A DNA stretch of 64,000 nt from Amoebophrya sp. A120. Lineage: Eukaryota > Protista > Dinoflagellata. The notes under the pieces were generated by a model. That model saw nothing but the letters and a program-made list of their open reading frames with translations, searched no databases and was not told the DNA's origin. Each line of letters opens with the position of its first letter. The first letter of the stretch is position 1. This document shows positions 12,601 to 24,600 of this stretch, piece after piece. The DNA is taken from positions 9,555,979 through 9,619,978 of the forward strand of contig CAJINV010000003.1 of the NCBI GenBank assembly GCA_905178155.1, in the 5' to 3' direction. Both the position numbers and the translations under genes were made by a program.

Positions 12601-15600
12601 GGCACAGGCCCGCCGTTGCTCCTTTTACCTTCGCATCGCGCTGCCCCCCCCCAGCGCTTGCAGGGCTTCCTCGGGGCCGGCCGATTTCATGCCGGCAACG
12701 GACACCCAAGAAACTCTTCGAGAAGTCGCGCCGCCGCGGTGGCGAGGCTCCCGGCCGGGCTGCTTTGTGTGGCCCGACGGCCGGGGCCCCGCGCTCGCCC
12801 CCGGGCCCGCCAAAGAATCGCCCAGCGCAGCCCCCCACTGTGTGGCCTCTGCGCGCACTACCTGTCCGTGGACAGGCCAACGGCCTCTCCAGGCGGCCTC
12901 CGGTTGGGGCTAGGCTTGCCGCCCAGCCGCCACATGGCACTCCGCCTACGCCGCCTAGCTAAGTAGGAATTGCCCGGGTCATCGCCCCAGGAGGCCGGCG
13001 GCCGTTGCCCTTTCGAAAAAATAAAAGGGACCGCGCCAGCCTCCGGCCCAAAACTTTCCGACAGGGCGACTGTCGGCTCCTCCCGAGGCTTTGGCTTTGG
13101 CCCAAGAAATGGGCCAGAGATTTTTTCCAAATTTTCTCGGGGATTTCTCCGGATTTGCAAAATTTTTGGTGCTGCCTAGCGCTTCCGGTTCTTCACAGAA
13201 CTTTCCCAGATTCGCTTCAAGAAGTGTCCAAAAAAAATTGGCAAGGCCCGCGGAAGTTCAGAACCTTCCCGGACTTCGGCAAGAATTTTTCGCGTTTTTT
13301 GCAATTTCTGCCGCTCTCTGGGTGTTTGGGTTCTGGCCAGAATTTTTTCAAATCATATATAGCAATTTGGGCGCAATATTATCGGGATTCGGCGGATTTT
13401 CCTCGGGCGACGCGTTCCGCTTGAGAGTGCATTTCCGTGGGGGCGCTGGGGTTGGATGTCGTGTCGGGGCCTTCGGGTGCCCCGGGCCGACGAGGCCACT
13501 GCGGTTAGGGCTAGGCGGGCAGACGGGCTCACTGTGTCAACGTGGGCAGCCTTTCACTACGTCCCACTACGGCCGAAGCGGCTCGCAGAGGATATTGGCG
13601 CGAGCTGTGGAGTGGGCCGCGGGAGCGTGCTGCCTCCGGCCACTTTGACTCGGGGGCGGAGGGTTGTTCGGCTGCGGCAGCTTCTCGGGCTTGCTACCTC
13701 TGCGGCATTCCGCCGGCCGGCCCTGTCGGACGGGGCCGGCGCGGTACGTTTTCGGCGCCTGGGCCCGCGACCCAGAAAAATCATGGCCGCGACCAGTCTC
13801 GCGGTCCTCGATTGTCCATTTCCGTCAAGAAAAATCTTGGGACTCTAATGGGCGCGTCCGGTCGTCCTCCCTAACTTTTTCGACAGTCAATAAAATAAAT
13901 TTGAATATGAAGGTCGCGCCCGGAGGGCGATATTGGTAACCAAAAGCGTGCGAACCACCCCAGTCAGTGCGAAGGCTACCGCGCATCCCTTGACTTCCTG
14001 GTTAGGGCCGCGGTCCAAGAGTGGTGCCCGCGAGAGCCGCGCTCTCATCCTCTAACCAGGAAGCAAGGGCGCGCAAAAGACTGCGTTTTTTGGCGAGCAG
14101 CAATCCATCGCGCATAATGTTATGCACGAGGGCACGCTGGCCCGGGAAAATGCACAAACTTCAAAAAGTGAAACAATTCTCGCCATTTCTGGCAGCCTTT
14201 TTGGGCCACCCAGATCGAGCATTTCCAAGCGGAGTGAGGGTCGCAATTTTGGACCTCATACAGGTCGAAGACCGTGAGGGGTGGACACACCTCCACAGGC
14301 TTGATAATTGTTTTTTTATCGCCCAACCCCGGCGCCACGGGCCTCCGGACAAATTTGAAAACCACTTCTGAGCGGCAATTAATTTCCAAGCGGCTTTTGC
14401 TTTTTCAGCAAAAGCTGTCACTTTCAATCTCCAAGCGGCTGGAGCGGCCGAAGGGTGACGCGTTTTCGCCTATAAAACGCATCATACCATTGGCGTTAGC
14501 CGAAGCCGCCGCGTTCTTTTTTGAGATTCAGACCGGGCGGAGCTGCAAAGCTTCTCTTTTTTGCGCTCTTCCCGCTTGGTAATTGCTGTTTTGGCTGTTT
14601 TCGCTAAAATTCCCGCAAATTCTGCCCGATCCGCTTTCTCAAGGCAAAACACACTTGGAAGTGCCCGGCTTTGCGAGTGGTTCTTGCATACTCCCGAGGC
14701 CCTCCCATATGGCAACGGCAAAGCCTTCGCGCCGCGTTTGCGATGGATGAGCATCTCGCAAAGAGCGCTTTGCGCGCGGGGGCGAGCTTGCGAGCCCCCG
14801 CGTAGCTTGCGAGCGCTTGCGCACGCTTTGGTTACCAGATGAGTATCCGGGCCGGTTACACTATATGCACAAAGAGTCTTTGTCAAAGACATCACATCAG
14901 ACACACACGCAAAAGACGAAACTATAATTACCATTGGGGATTGGCATGGGGATACTTCCACCCCACTCATTTCGACGATCCGGAGTCGGTCAACAGGCAA
15001 CGCGCCGCGCTTTTCGTCTTCTTTCGAGAGTTTTTGGAAAGCTTTGTAGCTTCGTGTTTGGGGATCGTAAACCTGCCAGGTTCCTGCGATGTCCCGGGGA
15101 TCTTCCGCACTGTCTACGACCTGCGCCGTCATCGCAGCCGGGGGCTTTGGTAGGGACGCGATAGCGGGGCTCTCGGCAATAAGCCATTTGTTTTTCGCCT
15201 CGTTCATGAACAGGTAACGCTCACAATGTACAGTCCCAAGGAGCCCGGTTCTGCATCGATAATGCTTGAAAATGGGAACGCCGAAAGTTTCAGAGAGGCG
15301 CCAATATACACCATTCATCAGCTCGTTCTCCCCGGAGGCGCCTACAAGCCATAAGTCGTCTTCCGGTAGGGTCAGATCTGTGTCTTCACGAATGACGGCA
15401 GATTCGTCCGGCGCACCGAAAGCATGTTCTTTCTCGTTTTTGTCCAATTTGTATTGGCCTGTCTGCCCCATTTTGTCCTGCTCACCTTTTGCTGTCTCGT
15501 CGGGTCTGGCTTCTTTCGCTGCAGCGCGCATGCCGGCTCGCGCCTGCATAATTGCTCCGAACACGGGGTGATTGTCAAACCCGCTGATTGGCGGGCCCTT

Positions 15601-18600
15601 CACTGTAAATGGCATGATACACTTGTCATGCATGAATATGACGTTCTCGTGAATGTATCGGTCGTCCTCAACCGTCGCTATTCCGTGCATCTCATCCTCA
15701 TAGAAGTTCGTATGCGTTGGATCAGAGCCGGCGAAATATTTCCACCGACCGTCGTGCGTTTGCCATCTACCACGGCCATGGCGCTTTCCTTCCTTGAAAG
15801 CGCCATTGTAAACACCCGTCTCGTGGTAGGAAATACCCTGGCCACTCTGCTGGTCCTTATGCCAGTTGCCAACGTATGAAATTTCTTCGTGCTTTTTGTC
15901 TTCTGGTAGAGAGCTTTTATAGGGGAGCCCTCCCATCCAAGCACGAAACAGCGTCGGGTTCCGCTCCTGCAGCTTTGGTCGAAACAAGACTCCCTCTCCT
16001 TCGCGGAGACCATCCTCCAACACCTCGCCATAGTATAACGATTCGTCATCGCAGAGGAGCCAGCACTTCTCGTCTTCTGTAGTGTAGAACTTATCCTCGC
16101 GGAAGGTGCCTTTGTACATGAATTTAAGAAATTCTGTAAAGACCAGCCGGCACTTTCGTGTCGTTGGATCTACTCCAGGCTGTTCGCGGTCCTCGCTGTA
16201 CCGCTTCAGCAAGTCTTCGCCCGCGTAATCCAAGAACTTTCTTCGATCGTCGTCGATCTGAACAAGCTGCCAGCCTAACGATATACCCGCGTGATGTGCT
16301 TTACAGGCTTTATTTGCAGTTTCTGCTGCGGCAGCAGATACATCTGCGCCACCTTCTTCGTCCCCCTTTTTCTTGCGCTTTGCCTTCTTTTTGTCTGCGG
16401 TGCCTTCTGCTTCGGCTTCAGCGCCATGGAAACCTTTCCCCGGAATGCAAACCGCACTGACAAAAACGTCTCCCAGCTCGCCACCAAGCAGCTCGACATC
16501 TCCAATGGCTTCGCCAAAATTATCGTACTCGACCACGACCTCCCTCCGGGTTTTCTCCATATCTTCAGCGCACAACACACCCCGTCCCTCACGTAAATTA
16601 TCGCGAAAAGGGCCCCGGTAGACGATATCCGTTGGTAGCATAATCTGTCCATACCCGTGTCGCTTGTCCTCTTCCCATTCCCCTTCATACCACTTATAGC
16701 CAAAAGCGTCGTACTTGTCGGGCGGAACCACTTGCTTTCCAAAGCCATTCTTCTTATCTTGTTTCCACTGCCCACGGTATACAATGTTACTTGTGTGGTC
16801 AACGGACTCACCCTCACCATTCCGCTGGCCGTCTGCCCACTCTCCGTCGTAATGATAGATGTCTCTGAACTCGCCCCCGTCTTGCTCCGCACGCTGGACA
16901 AGGCGACCTGTTCCATGTGGCTTGCCAAACTGAAAGGTGCCCTCATAGGCTGAATCGTCTGCGTAGATTGCCTTCCCTTCGTACATGTGCAGAGACTCTC
17001 CGGCCTTCATTTGGTAGACGTCCAATCCAAATTCATACGGAGCGGCTCCAGCAAGCTGCAAATTTCGATTATCCACGGGGAGAAAGCGCCAAAATTTAAA
17101 GTGTTTTTTTCCGCTTTCGTCTTCCATGTCGGGTATCCGATCAATCTCGTAATTCTTTGACTCAGGCCATTCTATCGCAAAGTTCTGCATCAAGTACTTT
17201 CGCGTTTCGCCCCAATCACTGCGGAACTCGCCCTCAAAAGAAAGCATCTGGGCTGGATCGATCTGGGGCAGAGGTATGTAACTGTCCGCCTTCGCAGCTT
17301 GTCTCCTTTGCGCATCAATGACATTCGGGACCTTCGCGATGACGCTATTTTCGACGTAAAGCTTTCCCTGGCCGTGAAACAAATCATCCCGAAAATTTCC
17401 TTCGTAAACCTTGGAAATACCTTTCCGCTGTTGCGAGCTCAGTAGAGTCATCACCCCACGGCGTCGCGTGGGGTCTTGAGTGCTTTGCTCCCAATAATAA
17501 TCTTTGAAAGTTTCCACGTAAGCGCGCACATTAGCGAAATTCGGGGGACTAGCTGCAACAACATCTGGCAGCTGTGCTGATGAGCGGGCGGCGACCCCGC
17601 TCAAAAAATATTCCGCATCTGCGTATTTTTTTTTTGCTGTGCAGCTGAAAGGGTGGGAAAAGGCATCTTCACATGAAACTTTTTCGGTTTTGCTGAGTAT
17701 GAGTTTTTTCAATGCACTAGAGAACGCTGACGCAGGGCCGCCCCGGGTCTGGAAGGCCTTCTTGGAAGAAAAAGAGCAAGCGAAGCGCGGGCGCGGGCGA
17801 GGTCAAGAGCAGGCATGTAGCCTTTTCTTCGAACCGCCTGTCGCAAAATGTCACGCCGTGCCGCATTTTTTTTCCTTCGAATGAAGCCTGGCCGCGAAAC
17901 TGCGTCCACGCCTCATTTGGATATGGCTAAACGCACGATGGAGCTGGTCAGGCGACCAGCCATCCTCTAACTGGCTGTGGCTGCGTTTGAAAATCGCACG
18001 GCGTGGGGAATTGAAAACATACATAGCAAACTTGAGCAAGCTGCGCGAGGTGCTCACTTACTAATAATGCTCAACGTTTGCAGACTTTAGGACGCAAACA
18101 GGTACAAATATGGCGCGCACGCTAGAACCCGTTTTATCTACATCTACGTACTAGTGTGAATCTGAATGGATGAAAAAAACTCACAGACCGCTTTTTTTTC
18201 TTTGCCTTCGCGCTTTGACAGTTGCTTTGCTGTTTGTCAAAAAGATTTCACTCGACGTAGCTAGCTACGCACGACGAGCGTACTAACACTTCAGGCCAAA
18301 GCGCAAGCATGCTAATAGTGTTTTACCTTGCATTTCTTTAATGAGGCTAGCAACGCGAAATGTGTAACCCGGAGGAATCCTTCCGGGCTTGCGATACAAG
18401 ACAAACCGGCGGGCTAAGCCGACTCAAGGCGACAGAACCACACCCGCAAATCTGACGCGCATACCCCGGAAGAGTTATAGGACTCGGAACACCCCCCCCC
18501 CCCCAATTATTTATTGGACTCGGCTCGCGGCCAAACATGACGAAGACGCCAAACGAATACTCCGCCCGAAGGGTATTCGGTTGGGCTATTCGCGTTCGCC

Positions 18601-21600
18601 TTGATTTGCCGTCGTTACGTATAATCAAGAACGCCGGACAAGATAGCCGGGGAGCATGGAAAACGGAGGGAAGTACTCTGCGACCTGGATGAACTCCGGT
18701 CGACAGGATCCGAAGCGGCGCGGCATGCTTGTCGAGGACATTTTGCTGCGCTCGTTGCAGGGCGGATGGAGCTCTAGGACGGTATTTTTCTCGGATTTGC
18801 CGCGCTTTTAGGATGCGCGCGCGCTACCCAAAGGGCCGCCTGAAGATTTTTGATGAGTAGGCGCAGGCTTTGAAGAATGCGGGCGGCCTGCTTTCTCAAC
18901 ACGACACGCCATGCCGGTTGTTTGCAAAAGCAAAACGCCGCGGGCGGCCGCATCCCAAAATTGCAAAGCGTAGCGCCGCGCGCGCGCTGGCTGCTGCGAA
19001 GACCTGCCGACTGCCACTATTGCGAGGCTGCCTGGCGCCAATTGCGAGGCGCTGCCGCCACTTCTTTTGGCCTAGTTCTAGTTGCAGAATTGCAGACCAT
19101 TAACGAGCAAGGAGTCGCGCGCGCGCGGCTCTGGTGCAACAGCGAATCCGTTCGCCTGATCCTTCGCCAAGCGGGTAGTGCTAGGCAGTGCTCGCCATTT
19201 ACTTACTAACTTCTCCAGCTGCGTCAGAGACTGCGACTGCAGCTTCCACCCATCTCGTCAGCAAATCGCTGACTCGAAAACGTCGGGAGCGTGAAAAGAA
19301 AACGGAATGAAGCTGGCGGCGTGTGGCTCTTCGCTATATTTTGCTAATATGCAGGCAAGTGTGGATCTTTTGCTTTTCAAGGATTAACAATAAAGCTTTC
19401 CATATCCGCATCTTTTTCCGTCTGCCCAATCGCCTGCATAAAGCGGATGCTTTTCTTCATCCTCGATATCCCCTTCACCCGCCCAAAGATTACCATGACC
19501 ATGAGGCATGTGCTGCTGAAACCCTCCTACGTAGACCCGACCATCTGGCCACTTCTGCTCGCCTTGCCCGTGTCGCATGTAGATCCCACCGACAAATTGG
19601 TGATCCGCTACTTGTCCCTCGTAGTGTCGAATAAACGATTGCTTCTTTTCCATTTCGCTGTCTTGCACAACCGCTTCCCAAAGTTCAAAGTACTCAAGTC
19701 GACACATGATTTCGAGCCGTTCTTCATAAATGTCAGCGCATTTCCAGTCAGGATCTAGCGCCAGGCGCAACTGCCGCCACTCTTTTTTGTCTACGAAGCG
19801 CGACGCGACCCGCAGCGATACTTTGCTTAGTGTGCGATTCAGAGTGACGGTCATAAAATAGCTCAGTGGCACGCGGTACTGCAACACGGACTGGTCGTTG
19901 TCGGCGAACGCTTCGCCACTAGCCGGCGCCATTTCAGCACGTGAAATTCCTCCACTTTCCTGCGCGTCCATTTGCTTGAAAAGTTTAAGGCAAAATGAAT
20001 GGATTTCGTCTTCATGCCCGACCAATTTCGGCTCGTAATCTGTCACCAATATCTTTACTCCGGCAATAAATTGATCTGCATCCATTTCACAACTGCGAGT
20101 CAGGGCACTCCAAAGCTCATGCACTTCGTTGAAATCTTCGTGATCTAGCGCCCAGTCCCGCAGCTTGGCTAGTTTCGGACTATGCGGAGGATGGTCGAGC
20201 AAGTTGTGAACGTCTTTAACCCCAAAGTCGGATAATTTTTTTTCGGCACACCACTGCTCCATCAAAGTCTTGCATAGCTCCTCAGGATCTTCATCCGGAA
20301 AAATTTGGTTCTCCGACAGCATGGTTTTGAGTCCCTCGCGAACTGCTGCAGTCTCGAAACGTAGATCCCGGGTCAAAAAAGTCCAAACCGCGTTGTAGCT
20401 TTCGAAAGCTGCCAACAGGAACTTTCTGAATGGTGCCAGGTCTTCTATGTTTTGATCTTTCCATCGAAGTTGAACGAAGTTACTCGCAAGGCTAACCAGC
20501 ACATCCTTGCGGAAGGTGCGACTCATTTTTCCCTGATCAGGAAAGACAATGTTCACAGCCTTCAAATAGAGCTCTTGGGCCTTTTGCAAGTACGGTGACT
20601 CAAAGGTCCGTCGCTGCACCGCCATCTTTGAACTAAGGACCATTTTCCGAACTTTTCCGGCTGTCCTTTGTGCTTCGGCTTGCGCATGATCGACGACGCG
20701 CAGTCCGGGATCTATTACCCAACCGAAGCCATCTGAGCCGGGCTCAGCGACAGAAAAAGGCTCGTCAATCATGTCTGGCGTGGCGACAGCGTCAGTTGAA
20801 AACGCCCAGGGGCCACCGATATATTTTGCTTCGTGTATAGAAGCTCCTAGCTCCGGGCTTAGAATCCATCGATCACGCCCATCCCAATAGAGAAACAGGT
20901 CGTCCTCGTCATGCGTGAAGTATAGTTTTTCATTGAGGCGCCCGCCTTTCATGTACTTTCCTACCATTTCATGGTACGTAAGTCCTTCGGTGGGCTCCAA
21001 AATTTCAACGCCTTCGATCTCGGTGTACTCCTTAATAATTACTTCTGCGACGTGATTCGGAATCGCATCGGGTTTCCAAATCTTATTGGGCTTAATCTGG
21101 TCTGACATGGCTACGTAGTGCACAACCTTTTTACTCTCGTGAACGGCTTTCTTTTCGTAGAGTTCGAGTTTATCCTCCAATGCTGCACAAAACGCGCCAT
21201 GATCTTCGATTCTGCCGAACTTTTTCTTTTTCACGGTGCTGCCGTCGCGCGCGCTCCGTTCCTCAAACTGCCTCAATGCCTCCTCCCGTGCAGCAAGTTT
21301 ATCGCTGGACCTATTCAGATCCCCTGCGCCCTCTTTTTTTTTCATTTCCTCCTCCTTTTTGTATTGCTCCACGTCGACAATTTTATCACCGACTTTTCTT
21401 TGCGTCGGCCCCTTCCTTTCTTTTTCTTTTATGGATGCTTTTTTCGCAGCCATTTCGGTTTCGCGAGCGCAGGCTTTGTAGAACTTGAGCGTCCTGGCTT
21501 TTTCTTCTATTTGCTCTTGTTCATCAGATAGAGCTTCGACTTCTGGCATAGTTAGAATATTTGCCTTCTTTTGCTTCGCTTCTTGCTCCTTCGTCAGCGG

Positions 21601-24600
21601 CCGTTTTGCGAGATCTTCTTCATCCTCCTCGTCACTACTCATCAACTCATGGGGGTCTATGTCCAGAATCTGACGCTCGGTTTCTCCAACGACCTTGGCA
21701 ATTTCATTCAAAACTTTTGGCGCAAGAGCGACTAGTGCAGAGTACCCGTACGCTGTGGGCCCTTTCTTCACCATATTCTTCACGAATTTTACCCGCTTCG
21801 CTTTTTTCTGCTGCTCTTTTTGATTGTAGGATCGAATCTGGTACTTGAAACCGCTTGTCAGCTTTTCGTCCTCAGTGTATTCCTTTTCGTCGAACTTGTG
21901 ATTGTTGAACGCCCCTGTAATGGGAACGTTCTCTACTTTACCGTCGTGCCGTACACGCCTCTGGCACAGCGCCGTTGTCAAAATGGGGGACCAGGAACTT
22001 TTGACCTTTTCGACCCCGATAGGATTTGTATACCCAATAAAGTCGTCCATACCACCTGGATCCGCGTCCCACACACTAAAAGTAATCGAGGTCTCACCCG
22101 GTGCCAAGTCGAAAGCTATCTCTTGGTTCCATGTTGCCCCTTCATAGAGTTTCAGCTCATCCTCATACTCGCCCTCCACTACTGTCGTCATCCGGTCTTC
22201 CGGAAAACTCAGCGTGGGATCCTATGAAAGTGCACAACTACCCCTCCCCTCCGTTTGTCATGCAAAAGCCCAAACCCACGCCCACCCCTCGCCTTTCCCA
22301 AGCCCTCGCCTTTTAGCACAGTCTGCGATAGCGACAGCTTTCGGAACCCTAAAGTGTACAACAGTCCATGTGTGGATTTGTCACGCAGACACTGCATGCA
22401 TATTCTTCCTTTCGTTGCTGCTCGTCATTCAATGTAGGTAAATGAGGGGGAGGGGGACTTGTGCCCTCTCATAGATCCTCGGCCTCATGGAGAACCATAC
22501 CATAGAAATCCTGATTTCCCGCCTCCATGATGTCGGTTTTAACATGCTCCACTCCACACATTCGCACCACGATAGTTTTTGTCGATGCCCCCTCCGCAAA
22601 TTCCTTTGCCAGCATCTGATCGACTTGCTGCACTATCTCGTAGGTTCCCGTTCTTTCCGTAATCAGGCCACCAAGATCCCGAGTCAGAAACGAATATACC
22701 TGTTCGTGCCAAGTGCTAAGCAGGTCTTCCAATTTAACAGGATCCTCGTCGTCTTCTTCCTCCCAATTGCTCGGCTTGTACAAGGTAAGGTAAGAATCGT
22801 AACGGGGTTCACAAAACTCGGTGCCGTAGTGATTCACGACCTGGATTGTAGCGCATATGGTGGGAACTTTTTTTCGCAAGCAGAGCTGGTCGATGGAGAA
22901 ACCAACCGTCATACCAGACTTCACGTCATCCTCGTACCGGTCTGTCGCCCGGACCGAAGTCACGCGCGCTTTGTGTCTTGCGGGGCTCGCGTAGTACTGC
23001 AGAGATTTTTTCATGCCCGCCATGCGTTGTTCCTCAGGCGGAAGCTTCGGATCGATCTCCGGTTCCCCAACAAAGATCACTCCCATTTCCTGCACCATGA
23101 TATCGATTGACATAGCAGATAAAACTGCACTTCCAGCAGTTGCAGCCCGCAACTTTGGGAAAAGGTACTGCCCTCCCGAAAATGGGATCACGATGGACGC
23201 AAGTACTTCACGAATGTAGTACCGGTACCCCTCGATCTTAGCTTTCAGGTCATTGATTTTCTCTTCGGCTTCTAAAACCATTTTCCGAAACTCGTCCTTG
23301 AATGAGCGCGCGTTCATGGTTATCATTGTGCCGGAAGTAACCAGCACACAAAAAAGCGCCGTCAAGGGGGGAGGGATAATCTGCGTCATTCCAAAAGTCA
23401 AAAAGGCGAGGGTGACCGACTGCATGAACCAAACGAACACGTCCCCGCCGACAAACTTTGATATAACGAGGGCATCAGTTACATCGCGGGCCACGTTGCG
23501 CTCAAATTTTTCACCAGTGGCGGGATCTTCCTGGACTTCTCGACGGGGCGGCACCGTTTTGTAGTCCGACCGTGCCTGATTCACTAGCACAAAAAGCTTC
23601 ATGCCGAAAAAGACACTCGCCTGAATGGCACCGGGAGGGCGCGCTGCTAGAACGCCAATAGACACCAACGTAGAGAATCGATCAACGACGTAATCGAACT
23701 CCTGGCCTTCGGAAATCTTTCCCACAACTATGTTCCACGATTGCCTCGTTGGGAACTCTAGGCTTTCTTCCGGCACATTCACCTTGAAACGAGGAACGTA
23801 CTTCATAATCGGGTAAACGTGTTGCATCTGGACTTGGACCTCCACGTTCGTGCGCGCTCCGTCTGGCTTCTCGATGTTGTAGCGCTTGTAACCGACAAAC
23901 ACGTCAGGATACTTTGTAAACACCGGACTTGTACAGTATCCCTTCTGTGGCAGGTGGGGATTTTCTTTCACCCGTTCCTTGCGAATTTCTTGCCAAAATG
24001 CGCGCTCGTCGAACATAATTTTAGTCTCCTTCTTTTGCGGCTCGTCGCAACCGGACCACCACGGCTCCGCACCCTCCGGGTACGTATCTTCAAACTTCTT
24101 GGCATCAGATTGACAAAGCGCTCGCCTTCATGATCAAACCACCTACTTCCGTGCAAGGTTGCGAGATAAAAAAACAAAACGCACTCAGCGCACGACTGAT
24201 ACATATTTATTACTTTGAGTCGCCGTCCTCAGGCTCCGTCGTAGCGACTGCATGACGAAGCAATCGCGGCGCCGCCCAAACGCATAGAAGTATCACCTTT
24301 CACGACACGAGCATCGTGATAAGTAGGCGGGCGCGCTCTTTTTCGCCTGCGCCGACCACGTCAAAGACGGCCGGCTGATCAAAAACCGAGACCCGACCGC
24401 CCGAAAATGAGAAAGGCAGCGGCTGCCGTACTACATTCCCTACGGGGGCCCATCGCTACCAAAACCAAAGCGCGAGCCGGTCAAACTGACGCTGCGGCGT
24501 CGGCGACTTTGCATAACATAATTCTCCAGAAGTATACCATACGGAAAAGAATCAGAGTAGCGCCCTGGGCGACTTTTGCTTAATAGTAGATTGCTAACAG

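Noticed and set aside
14482-14931. C-terminal 150 aa of the 1076-aa ORF
   Set aside because: Reads through a GTAATT donor into an intron and the TIR element ending at 14837.
17493-17712. N-terminal 70 aa and TTG start of the 1076-aa ORF
   Set aside because: Lies inside the IR-bounded intron, so the ORF is an internal exon.
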